Source: Bdellovibrionales bacterium (GTDB lineage Bacteria; Bdellovibrionota; Bdellovibrionia; Bdellovibrionales; Bdellovibrionaceae). Taken from it: a stretch of 64,000 bases of DNA. Shown in pieces: positions 49,795 through 58,506 of this stretch. The DNA is taken from contig JANMPT010000021.1 of NCBI GenBank assembly GCA_031370005.1, forward strand, positions 101,043 to 165,042. The letters are read 5' to 3'. Position 1 is the first letter of the stretch, and every line of letters starts with the position of its first letter. The position numbers and the translations under genes are program-made. The notes beneath the pieces are model-generated. The model was not told where the DNA came from, did not search any database, and was given only the letters and a program-made list of their open reading frames with translations.

Positions 49795-51225
49795 TCACTC
49801 GCTCAGACGGACAAAAAGACGGCTTTGTGCTTCCATTTTTCGCGCTTCAGCGCGCAAACGATTCAATGTTAACTGCGACGTAGAAGCATCTTCTTCAGAG
49901 TTAATCACATCTGAGGTCACAGCACGCCCTCGACTCAACTTCAAAGTCTGCGCCTTTGCACGGGATACTTGCAATTGACTGATGCGCTCCGCAGTTTCGA
50001 TTCGCTTTAGTAACTCACCATAACGACGCTGCAACTCGGACCAAAAGCTATCGCTCTCAATCATTTTTCTTTCACTCTTTAGTTGCGCGGCGAGTGCTTC
50101 CTTACGAGATAAAGACTCTTGAGAAATCTTTGCGTTTGTATCAAACACATAAGTAAATTTAAGTCCCAATTGAACCGTTGGAATATCGAATTTGTTAATT
50201 TTATTAAGTGCCTCGGTAGTATTGGCCTGAACATTGGAGTTCGTGTTGTAAGCTCCCTGCAAAACCAAATCAGGCCTTAATGCATCTGCCACTTCTTTTG
50301 CCCCTAGGCTCTTGGTCCGTGCCTCAAGAGCAGCTAAGTATGCATCCAAACGCACAACCCGTCCGGAGTCCCCGCCTACCAAGGCTTGAATATTACGAGC
50401 CTTCTTAAAGTCAGAATTAAATGGTGGCAGTTTCTCATTTGAATCCATCTCCAACAAGACACGAATATTTTGTACTGCAGCAGCCACATCATCTCTTGCC
50501 GCAGCAAGTAGCAACTCCCGAGAGGCTGTCAAAGCCTGTGCATTGAGAAGATCTGCCCTGTCATTAATGCCATCATGATAACGACGCGTTAACCATGTTT
50601 CGATTTTTTTTGCTCTTTCCATGGACTCTTGACGTGTTTTTAGCTCGTCCAACTGATACAAATAGTTCCAATAAGACGTTTCGGCATCAATCAAAATCTG
50701 GCGCTGTTGCAAATTATAACTTTGCTTTTCAAGATCAGCTGCCGAAGCTTGACGTTGCTGACGTAGACGAGTTCCTGAACCAAAAACGTTTTTCCATAAA
50801 GACTGAGAAAGCGAAAGCCCTAAGCTCCCGGCGGCATAATTTGAAAGATAGGCAGGACTTCCAGCAGGAACATCTTTGATCTGTACTTCTTGGACATTCG
50901 CACTCAGAGAGGCCTGAGTACCGCTCATGAACTCCTTAGCCAAGCCAAAGCTGAGCTGGCGAGAAACTGTTTTAGTTCCAATGAGCTGCGGCTGTTTCGC
51001 ATCACTTAAATAACCACTTGCCAAAGTGAGCACCGGAGACAATCCGATATCTCCAGCTTCTTTGCGATCATCAGCAGCTCCTTGCGAAGTACTAAGCGCT
51101 TGGAAGTCTTTGTTTCTTTTTTGCACTTCCAATAAAAACTCATCAAGGGTCATCGCCAAGCTCCTGAGTTGGCAAAGCAGAAGCCCCAACAAAAGAACAT
51201 ATTTATATTTCGCTTTATGCTTCAT
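49795..51225 (-). CDS. TolC-family outer-membrane efflux protein
   Basis: Signal peptide, two OEP-like repeats (LSQSLWKN..G), directly upstream of the RND gene. Confidence 0.88.
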   Translation of the reverse strand: MKHKAKYKYVLLLGLLLCQLRSLAMTLDEFLLEVQKRNKDFQALSTSQGAADDRKEAGDIGLSPVLTLASGYLSDAKQPQLIGTKTVSRQLSFGLAKEFMSGTQASLSANVQEVQIKDVPAGSPAYLSNYAAGSLGLSLSQSLWKNVFGSGTRLRQQRQASAADLEKQSYNLQQRQILIDAETSYWNYLYQLDELKTRQESMERAKKIETWLTRRYHDGINDRADLLNAQALTASRELLLAAARDDVAAAVQNIRVLLEMDSNEKLPPFNSDFKKARNIQALVGGDSGRVVRLDAYLAALEARTKSLGAKEVADALRPDLVLQGAYNTNSNVQANTTEALNKINKFDIPTVQLGLKFTYVFDTNAKISQESLSRKEALAAQLKSERKMIESDSFWSELQRRYGELLKRIETAERISQLQVSRAKAQTLKLSRGRAVTSDVINSEEDASTSQLTLNRLRAEARKMEAQSRLFVRLSE

Positions 51226-51281
51226 CCTAAAAGTTTCCTTGAGCACATAGATAAAAAAGTCCGTTTTATTTTAAACGACAG

Positions 51282-51297
51282 AATAGATCTATCTATT
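51282..51297. promoter_or_regulatory. Inverted repeat upstream of tolC (possible repressor operator)
   Basis: AATAGAT-CT-ATCTATT. Confidence 0.4.
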
Positions 51298-51509
51298 GAA
51301 ATAAGATGACAAAGTAAAACAGACTAGGCCGATGACGCGATGTATATATTCAGACGACTTGAAATCTTTTCTATAATGCTGAAGACATCAGCACTCCTAA
51401 GCCTCTAAGCATTTACTAACATGCACTATAGACTTTTTGCTTGAATCTCGCCTTGAAATTGAGGTTAATGACCCCGTCGAAGTGTAGTTTTGGGCTCTAT
51501 AAAGAGGGG

Positions 51510-52421
51510 ATGAGTTCAATGAAAATCTGTTCGAAATGCAGATACAGTTCATCTTGGGTCACAAAGGTAGCCATTTCTTTAGTATTCACTCTAGCTACGA
51601 CGACCTTGGGGGCGAAGGCCTTTGCCCAAAGCAATACCCAGCCCTTTGATTCCAATAGGGCCGAATACTATACCATCGATGAGACCCAAACAAGTCTCGT
51701 TAGTTATCCAGTTAGCCCAGATATATCTCCAGTTAATAATTTTTCTTTCTTAAGTATAACGGCCTATGCTCGCTCCTTAGCGCTGAATCTTTTACGTTGG
51801 ACTTTGCACGCCGAGGCACCAAAGCAACCCTATATTAAATATGATCGCAAGTTTCATTTTGGTCGTTGGATTAATGACCCTAAGGACGACACTTGCTACA
51901 ATACCCGTGCAAAAGTTCTTATCCGAGACTCCGAAGCCCTTGTTTCTTTCAAAGAGAAAAACCACTGCTTAGTGGAAAAGGGCGACTGGGCGGATCCTTA
52001 TGCCGGAACCACCATCCTAGAATCCCATGATATTCAAATTGACCACATGGTTCCACTTAAAAACGCTTATCTTTCGGGGGCTTGGGAGTGGAACTTCCAG
52101 ACCCGTTGTGTCTATGCAAATTTTATGGGTAATAAATTTCATCTCATAGCCGCCAGCGGACACGAAAATATGAGTAAAGGCGACAAGGCTCCGGATAGGT
52201 ATATGCCGCCAAACGAGTCTTACCGCTGCCAATATTTAGAAAACTGGCTTAAAATTAAGTTGATTTGGAGATTAAAAATGACTCCATCGGAAGTTGAAGC
52301 TATCCGCGATGGCATAAAAAATAATGCTTGTGATTCACGTAAGTTCTCTTTATCAGCAGCAGAGTTAAAGCTTCAAAGAAAGCTTATCTATGACAACAGC
52401 GACCTCTGCCCCGCCCGTTAG
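51510..52421 (+). CDS. Secreted HNH-type (DUF1524-like) nuclease
   Basis: CYNTRAKVLIRD, WADPY, IQIDHMVPL and NMSKGDK motifs; signal peptide ending AFA. Confidence 0.85.
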   Translation: MSSMKICSKCRYSSSWVTKVAISLVFTLATTTLGAKAFAQSNTQPFDSNRAEYYTIDETQTSLVSYPVSPDISPVNNFSFLSITAYARSLALNLLRWTLHAEAPKQPYIKYDRKFHFGRWINDPKDDTCYNTRAKVLIRDSEALVSFKEKNHCLVEKGDWADPYAGTTILESHDIQIDHMVPLKNAYLSGAWEWNFQTRCVYANFMGNKFHLIAASGHENMSKGDKAPDRYMPPNESYRCQYLENWLKIKLIWRLKMTPSEVEAIRDGIKNNACDSRKFSLSAAELKLQRKLIYDNSDLCPAR

Positions 52422-52484
52422 GTTCCTTTTGAAAACACTCGTGGCTATATAAATAACTCTGCAATAGAAATCTATTTTCTGTGT

Positions 52485-53321
52485 TCAAGTCTGGGCGCTA
52501 GAAATCTGGCCTATATTTTGACAATACTGAAGAAATCTTGCTCTTGAGTTTTCGTACTCATTACACATCTTAGTATGAAGTTTTTTCGCTCTTTCACTGT
52601 CCATGTTTTCTTCGTGCTCCATTAAAACACAGAACTTTTCGAAACGAAGAGCTCCAAGCTGCGCGGCACTTGATTTTAGCATATGTGCCTTCTTGCGAAG
52701 AAGATCAACCCTACCGTCTTGAATAAGGTCCCTCATTTTATAAAGCTCCTCTTGAGTATTTTCGGAGTAAATTTGAAGAAGCGATCTTAACAAAGTCTGA
52801 TGGTGATCGTCAAAAATACGGATCTTTTCAAGAGCAGAAGTGTCTAGAACTGGTAATTCTTCAAAAATGCGCCCAGACCACTCTTGTATTTTTGACTTCA
52901 ATTGATCATAGGTTACTGGCTTTACAACATAGTCACTTATTCCCACACGTCGACATATTTCAGCATCACTCTCATTAAAAGAGTCACCCGTAAAAACTAT
53001 AAGTGGGATACTTGCAAAGCGCTCTGTGCTTTTGCGAATATTCACAGTAGCCTCAGCCCCGCCCATTATATTCATATGGTAATTCATTAATACCAAATCA
53101 AAGTATTCATTTTGAAGTGCATCCAAGACCTCTTGGCCATTGTTAACAATTCTAAATTGAATCTTCATTCTTATTAGCATTTCTTGAAGTGGCCTATGAT
53201 CTATTAAATTTTCTTCAGCAATCAGAATCTTAAAAAAAGACAAATCAATACTTTCAACGTTCTGTTGACCAGCCACATCCGACTCCTTGGAACTTACTAG
53301 GTAAATATCTTTACGGTTCAT
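52485..53321 (-). CDS. Degenerate receiver + Hpt protein
   Basis: Receiver has DLVLMNYHM (Asn at the phospho-Asp site); Hpt AHMLKSSA. Confidence 0.85.
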   Translation of the reverse strand: MNRKDIYLVSSKESDVAGQQNVESIDLSFFKILIAEENLIDHRPLQEMLIRMKIQFRIVNNGQEVLDALQNEYFDLVLMNYHMNIMGGAEATVNIRKSTERFASIPLIVFTGDSFNESDAEICRRVGISDYVVKPVTYDQLKSKIQEWSGRIFEELPVLDTSALEKIRIFDDHHQTLLRSLLQIYSENTQEELYKMRDLIQDGRVDLLRKKAHMLKSSAAQLGALRFEKFCVLMEHEENMDSERAKKLHTKMCNEYENSRARFLQYCQNIGQISSAQT

Positions 53322-53523
53322 TTGTAGGTATATATAGGTTCTTATTTATATATTACAAGCTGTATTTTAAAAGCATTAAGCGTGTTTGGACAAAATAGTA
53401 TCAATTTAATCAAAAGCCCGTTTAAACATAGCAAAGTGTGAACTATTTACGCGCTATTCTTTTTTAAAGATGAGTAAAAATCTAAATTTGACAGTAAAAA
53501 CACATTTGTGTTGTATGCAGAGA

Positions 53524-54234
53524 ATGGAAAATAAAAAAATTCTCTTCATCGAAGATACACCGGAATGTCAGCTCATTCTGCAAAACATCCTCAAGGACTA
53601 TAAAACCACTACCTGCGTATCTCTCGAAGAGGCCTCTCGAAGCTTAAAGCAAGGCCCATATGCCGCAATCATTCTCGACATTGAGCTCCCTGATGGAGAT
53701 GGTCTCCGCTTCCTGGCAGAAATCCCTGAGGCACAAAAAAAACAAACCGCAATTTTCGTCATTAGCGGAAAAACAGCTTTGGCCAATAAAGCTATGGCTT
53801 TCACTTATGGTGCCGATGATTTTATCTCAAAACCCTTTGATCCAATCGAGTTAAAGCTGCGAATTGACGCAAAAATCCGCAAGATCACAGAGCAACACAA
53901 ACAAGCCGAAAGTTATAAAATTGAGGACCTCACGATCAATGTGGCCGAGCAGCGTTTGTATTTAGAGAATAAAAATCCAGAAGTCACAAACGAGTCCGGT
54001 CCTATCAATTTTACCTCCCTGGAATTTCGTATTTTTGCTTTTCTTTCAAAAAATAAAAATATGGTTATAAGCCGCAGTGAAATCATCAGTCATATTTGGG
54101 GCGGCAAGGTTTATATTACCGATCGCACCGTGGATGCTCACGTTGCTCATATTCGAAAAAAAATACAAGCATCCCGTGTAAAAATTGAAACCGTCTTCGG
54201 CACTGGGTACAAACTTATCGCCCTTACCACTTAG
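53524..54234 (+). CDS. OmpR-family response regulator
   Basis: IEDT, LDIELPDGDG, GADDFISKPF, wHTH RTVDAHVAHIRKK..GTGY. Confidence 0.93.
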   Translation: MENKKILFIEDTPECQLILQNILKDYKTTTCVSLEEASRSLKQGPYAAIILDIELPDGDGLRFLAEIPEAQKKQTAIFVISGKTALANKAMAFTYGADDFISKPFDPIELKLRIDAKIRKITEQHKQAESYKIEDLTINVAEQRLYLENKNPEVTNESGPINFTSLEFRIFAFLSKNKNMVISRSEIISHIWGGKVYITDRTVDAHVAHIRKKIQASRVKIETVFGTGYKLIALTT

Positions 54235-54338
54235 ATTTATTTAGCCCATTGAAAACTAGACGTCGAGTGACGATTTCTGCATTAGAACGTAATACCTTCT
54301 CATAACCCCCGTCGGATACTAAAGAAAAGGGGGTTCCA

Positions 54339-54878
54339 ATGAAAGAAAATTCGACAGTTAAATCGGACGTCTCGAAACGCCTGTCTTATCATAGAGACCC
54401 GGCCAACAATCTTATTGGCACATCACAGATTAGCTCCGAGTTTAATGAATATTTACAGTATTTTTTGGAATTACAAAAAATACGAGCAAGCAAAAGAGTT
54501 TTGATTGTGGAGGATGATCCAATCTCCTTGCTTGGGCTAAGACACATTGTGAAAAATTTCAACCCTGATATCAAATGTTTTTTAGCAACCAACATAGATG
54601 AGGCAATTGACGTCCTCGAAAAAGAGAAGTGTGATCTTTTAATCGCAGACTATTATCTTTCACCTTCTGAAACAGGTTTGGAATTGTGGGAAGTCGTTCG
54701 TGAGAAGTTCCCTTCTGTGGATGTAGTAATAACTTCTGGAATCGGTAATGAGAAATATCATGAGATAGTGCAAAACTTTGAATACCCCCCTCCTTTTTTT
54801 GAAAAGCCTTTCTCATTAGAAAAATTCAATAGTTATTTGAAGGAAATCTTCGGTGGAGTACACAATGGAAAGCCCTAG
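54339..54878 (+). CDS. Single-domain receiver protein with N-terminal extension
   Basis: VLIVEDD, IADYYL, TSG and EKPF motifs. Confidence 0.88.
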   Translation: MKENSTVKSDVSKRLSYHRDPANNLIGTSQISSEFNEYLQYFLELQKIRASKRVLIVEDDPISLLGLRHIVKNFNPDIKCFLATNIDEAIDVLEKEKCDLLIADYYLSPSETGLELWEVVREKFPSVDVVITSGIGNEKYHEIVQNFEYPPPFFEKPFSLEKFNSYLKEIFGGVHNGKP

Positions 54879-55194
54879 TTTGCCAAACAAGAATATGACA
54901 TTAATTTACCAAAATATTAATCCAAATCTGGAATTAAAACTCTTTATCAGCGGACAGTTGACCTTCCTTTTGGAAAAATGTCCGAATAACAGCAACTTGA
55001 CCGCCAAGATAGTGGATCTTGAAGACCGCTATTTAGTACAGCTCAATCTAGCCAGTGAAAGAAATTTACTTTTCTCTTCTGGAGAAGATGAGGTTATTGC
55101 AGCTGCACTGGATAGTGCAATTACCGATCTGAATATTCAAATGAAATATCGAGATAAAAATGAAAAGTATGAAATGTCTATTGATTTTTTTTAA
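54865..55194 (+). CDS. HPF/RaiA (ribosome hibernation factor)-fold protein, divergent
   Basis: LIYQNI..ELKLFI..L / AKIV..YLVQLNL..LFSSGEDEVIAAALDSAITDLNIQM fits the beta-alpha-beta-beta-beta-alpha HPF pattern. Confidence 0.6.
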   Translation: MESPSLPNKNMTLIYQNINPNLELKLFISGQLTFLLEKCPNNSNLTAKIVDLEDRYLVQLNLASERNLLFSSGEDEVIAAALDSAITDLNIQMKYRDKNEKYEMSIDFF

Positions 55195-55213
55195 ACACAC
55201 GGAGGAGTTTTAG

Positions 55214-56020
55214 ATGAGTAATATGGAAACTAATCAACACGACGGCAAGGAACTTGTGAGTGGGTTTCGCGACTATGGATACAGAACTACAGAAAAGGCC
55301 CTTGACAGTCACCTACAGGCTTTTGTTCCGAATATATTGGTTGTCGAGGATTCACAGGAGTACCAAGCGATAATACGCGGCTCGCTGGAAAGAGACCTTC
55401 ATTTGACTTTTGCATCAAGTATAAAAGCAGCTAAAGAGACTCTTGCAAACCGCGAAGTACACTTAATTCTTCTAGATGTGATGTTGCCTGACGGAAGTGG
55501 TTTTGATTATTGCAATGATATTCAAACAAATCCTGCCACCGCCCGCATTCCAGTAATTTTTTTAACAGGTAAAACTGGCGTCACTGATAAAATCTTAGGA
55601 CTTAGCCTGGGGGCTGACGATTATATTACCAAACCTTTTATTCCGCTTGAATTAAAGGCGCGAATCGAGTCAAAACTAAAGAAATCATTGCTTCATGATC
55701 ACAATGAGTTGCAACTACAGCGAGGCCACCTGCGGTTTGACACTCTCACCTATTCAGTCTATGCGATCAGTAACGATAAACATGAATTAATTAATATGAC
55801 CCCCATCGAATATCGCATTCTTTTACATCTGGCACAAAAGCCGGGCCTTATCTTCACACGAAACCAACTTATTGAGTCTATTTGGGGAAGTAATATCCAC
55901 ATAAATGAAAGGTCAATTGATAAACATATATACACAATTCGGAAGAAACTTGGTCCAAATGGCGCTTATATTAAAACACTACCAGGCCTAGGATATCAAT
56001 TTAACATCGATATGGAGTAA
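55214..56020 (+). CDS. OmpR-family response regulator
   Basis: VVEDS, LDVMLPDGSG, GADDYITKPF, RSIDKHIYTIRKK..GLGY. Confidence 0.93.
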   Translation: MSNMETNQHDGKELVSGFRDYGYRTTEKALDSHLQAFVPNILVVEDSQEYQAIIRGSLERDLHLTFASSIKAAKETLANREVHLILLDVMLPDGSGFDYCNDIQTNPATARIPVIFLTGKTGVTDKILGLSLGADDYITKPFIPLELKARIESKLKKSLLHDHNELQLQRGHLRFDTLTYSVYAISNDKHELINMTPIEYRILLHLAQKPGLIFTRNQLIESIWGSNIHINERSIDKHIYTIRKKLGPNGAYIKTLPGLGYQFNIDME

Positions 56021-56023
56021 GTT

Positions 56024-56446
56024 ATGCAAACAGAACTTTTTTTTAAAGATATACAGCGATCTGATTACGCAGTGGATTTTATTAATAAAAAAGTGTCAAT
56101 ATTGGCCGAGAAACTCATTCATCCTAATGAGGACCTGCATGTAACAGTTCGAGTAGAGAAAGATCGACAAAGAACCGCCAATCGGCATCCGATATTTCAC
56201 TGCGAAGTAACACTCAAATCGGGAATAAGCACCAAGATCTATAAAACTATTCGCCAAGATCGCAATCTTTTTCGAGCGATAACTTCAAGCTTTGATGCTC
56301 TTAAAATTATTCTGGGAAAAGTCCATAATCACCTACGGAACGACCGCCGTCGTCGCCGTATCCCAGAATTTATAACAGAGTTTCCAGAAATAAACATCGG
56401 AACACAGTCAGTGTCCGATGTTGAGGTACTTCCCGTAACTTTGTGA
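56024..56446 (+). CDS. HPF/RaiA family ribosome-associated protein
   Basis: MQTELFFKDIQRSDYAVDFINKKV..VTVRVEK..FHCEVTL..DRNLFRAITSSFDALK with a basic RRRRR tail. Confidence 0.75.
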   Translation: MQTELFFKDIQRSDYAVDFINKKVSILAEKLIHPNEDLHVTVRVEKDRQRTANRHPIFHCEVTLKSGISTKIYKTIRQDRNLFRAITSSFDALKIILGKVHNHLRNDRRRRRIPEFITEFPEINIGTQSVSDVEVLPVTL

Positions 56447-56761
56447 AATACGGGAATAATCAGTTGCCAATCGCTCAGAGAGCTCTTTGAGCTCTTCTTT
56501 GCTAAGCTTCGAACCTTCACGTTCAATAGTCTCACAAACGTTAGACATGGGCTTAATGCCCATGCTCAAGCAACCTGATTTAATATCATGGGCAACAAAA
56601 CGAACACTCTCAAAATTACCCTCGTTAATCGCGTTTTTTAATTTCGTTATCTTTGCAGGATAGTCATTGATAAAAATTTGAACAACCTCACGGGCCACCT
56701 CCGGCCCATAGTTACTTTCGATAGACTTAATACTTTGGATTGCATCAAATGTGGTTTCCAT
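56408..56761 (-). CDS. Stand-alone Hpt phosphotransfer protein
   Basis: AHDIKSGCLSMG motif in a four-helix pattern. Confidence 0.9.
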   Translation of the reverse strand: METTFDAIQSIKSIESNYGPEVAREVVQIFINDYPAKITKLKNAINEGNFESVRFVAHDIKSGCLSMGIKPMSNVCETIEREGSKLSKEELKELSERLATDYSRISQSYGKYLNIGH

Positions 56762-56785
56762 AAATAAATCCCCTTTTTATGTCAT

Positions 56786-57487
56786 TTAGTGCTGCTGTTC
56801 AGCCAAAAACTGGTACCCCAAGCCTGGCACAGTACGAATATAAGATGAACATATTCCTAGTTTTTTTCGAATAGAAGAAATATGCCTATCCACTGAGCGG
56901 TCCTCAATATAAACCGAGTCCCCCCAAACACTGTCGATCAATTGTTCGCGGCTAAGGACATACCCAGGCGAACGCGCCAACTTAAGCAAAAGCTTGAATT
57001 CGATCGGTGTCATATTCAGTTTTTGATTTCCCTTTTCCTCATTTAAATAAATAGAGTAGGTGGAAAGCTCAAATTTCAAACTCCCCCGTTGGAAGTATGT
57101 TTCTTCCTTTGCATAATAGAGGAATTTTTTTAATTTTGACTCAACACGAGCTCTGAGCTCTAAGACATCAAAAGGTTTCGTTACATAGTCTTCCGCTCCA
57201 AGCGCCAGGCCCAAAACCTTATCACCTACCCCGATTTTCCCTGTCAGAAAAATCACTGGTATTTTCTGAGTTACATCTTGGCTTTGCAAGGTTGTACAGA
57301 AATCAAACCCACTTCCATCTGGAAGACTCACGTCCAACAGGATAAGGTGGACTTCATTTTTAGATAATATTTCCTCCCCCTCTTTCAATGTCGTTGCTAA
57401 CAACAAAGAGCACGTTTGGCTCAATGCTGTTTTTAAGAATGGATGAATTTCTCTTGAATCGTCGATTGCTAATACTGTTGGCATCAT
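56786..57487 (-). CDS. OmpR-family response regulator
   Basis: AIDDS, LDVSLPDGSG, GAEDYVTKPF, RSVDRHISSIRKK. Close paralog of 55214-56020. Confidence 0.93.
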   Translation of the reverse strand: MMPTVLAIDDSREIHPFLKTALSQTCSLLLATTLKEGEEILSKNEVHLILLDVSLPDGSGFDFCTTLQSQDVTQKIPVIFLTGKIGVGDKVLGLALGAEDYVTKPFDVLELRARVESKLKKFLYYAKEETYFQRGSLKFELSTYSIYLNEEKGNQKLNMTPIEFKLLLKLARSPGYVLSREQLIDSVWGDSVYIEDRSVDRHISSIRKKLGICSSYIRTVPGLGYQFLAEQQH

Positions 57488-57544
57488 AGTATTCCCTTAC
57501 TCCTTGTTGTTGGTTCTCTTTGCATTTTATAAACTTAAATAATA

Positions 57545-58288
57545 TTAAGAATTCTTTTCTTTGATCTTCATTAGACTATCTAAAAACAGATCTGTGGTTC
57601 GGCGTATAGTTTCATAGGCGCTGGTTTTTTGAAGATAACCGATTTTCCTAAGGGTTTTACTCTTCGGAAAAACTATCTGGGATCGCGGGCTCGCAGAATA
57701 AATCAAAACTGGCACTTTTTTGTTTTGTATCCCAGTTGCACTGAGATCCGCAGTCTCATCTAACATCTTGATCGTTTGCAAGCCATTCATTGACGGCATA
57801 TTCCAATCAAGAACAATAAGATCATAGGAGCGCTCAAAAATCTCATCCACAGCATCCTGGCCATTTTCCACAACATGGGTCTCGCAGCCCCTTTGTGAGA
57901 GGCATGCTTCAATTAATTTTACAGAAATCGGGTCATCATCTACAATAAGCACCTTAAATGGAGCCTTGGATTTAGTTGTATTCAAGGAGCGCGTGCCCCT
58001 CCAAGATTTAATCTGCTCCGACATCTGCATAGCTGCCACATTCACACTTTCTCCTAAGGTTCTCTCTTCGCCGTAAGCTAAAAATTGACCTGTGACGTGC
58101 CGAACCAGAATCTCCACCCCAAAGCGAGAACCAAGGTCCTTCACCTTTGCTTGAATGAAGGCATTATCTGGAGACATATCTACAACCTTTCCAAGCTTGG
58201 TTCTTATCATAAATTCGACCTTTGGATTTGCATCTGCCCCCTCAAAGAGAACGTCCATCTGATTTCCGGTGGGCTTTACAATTTCCAT
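57545..58288 (-). CDS. HPF-like N-terminal domain fused to a receiver domain
   Basis: N-terminus VLFEGADANPKVEFMIRTKLGKV..FGVEILV..FLAYGEERTLGESVNVAAMQMSEQIKSW; C-terminus VLIVDDD..LDWNMP. Confidence 0.75.
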   Translation of the reverse strand: MEIVKPTGNQMDVLFEGADANPKVEFMIRTKLGKVVDMSPDNAFIQAKVKDLGSRFGVEILVRHVTGQFLAYGEERTLGESVNVAAMQMSEQIKSWRGTRSLNTTKSKAPFKVLIVDDDPISVKLIEACLSQRGCETHVVENGQDAVDEIFERSYDLIVLDWNMPSMNGLQTIKMLDETADLSATGIQNKKVPVLIYSASPRSQIVFPKSKTLRKIGYLQKTSAYETIRRTTDLFLDSLMKIKEKNS

Positions 58289-58506
58289 ATTTACCTCCGA
58301 ATAAGTTGTTGTAAGTCAGATATTATTATTCCGTAAAGCCGTCGAAGTGGTGTGAAGTTCACTTGAAGAAATATCAACATCAGGCCTGTTTTTTAAGAAT
58401 AAAGCTTTGCGTGCTTTAGATGAAAGCTTCACAATTTTGATTTTTTCATCACAAATCATTTTCAAAATTGTTTTTTTCCAAAATATCCTTATTATGTAGA
58501 TTGATT

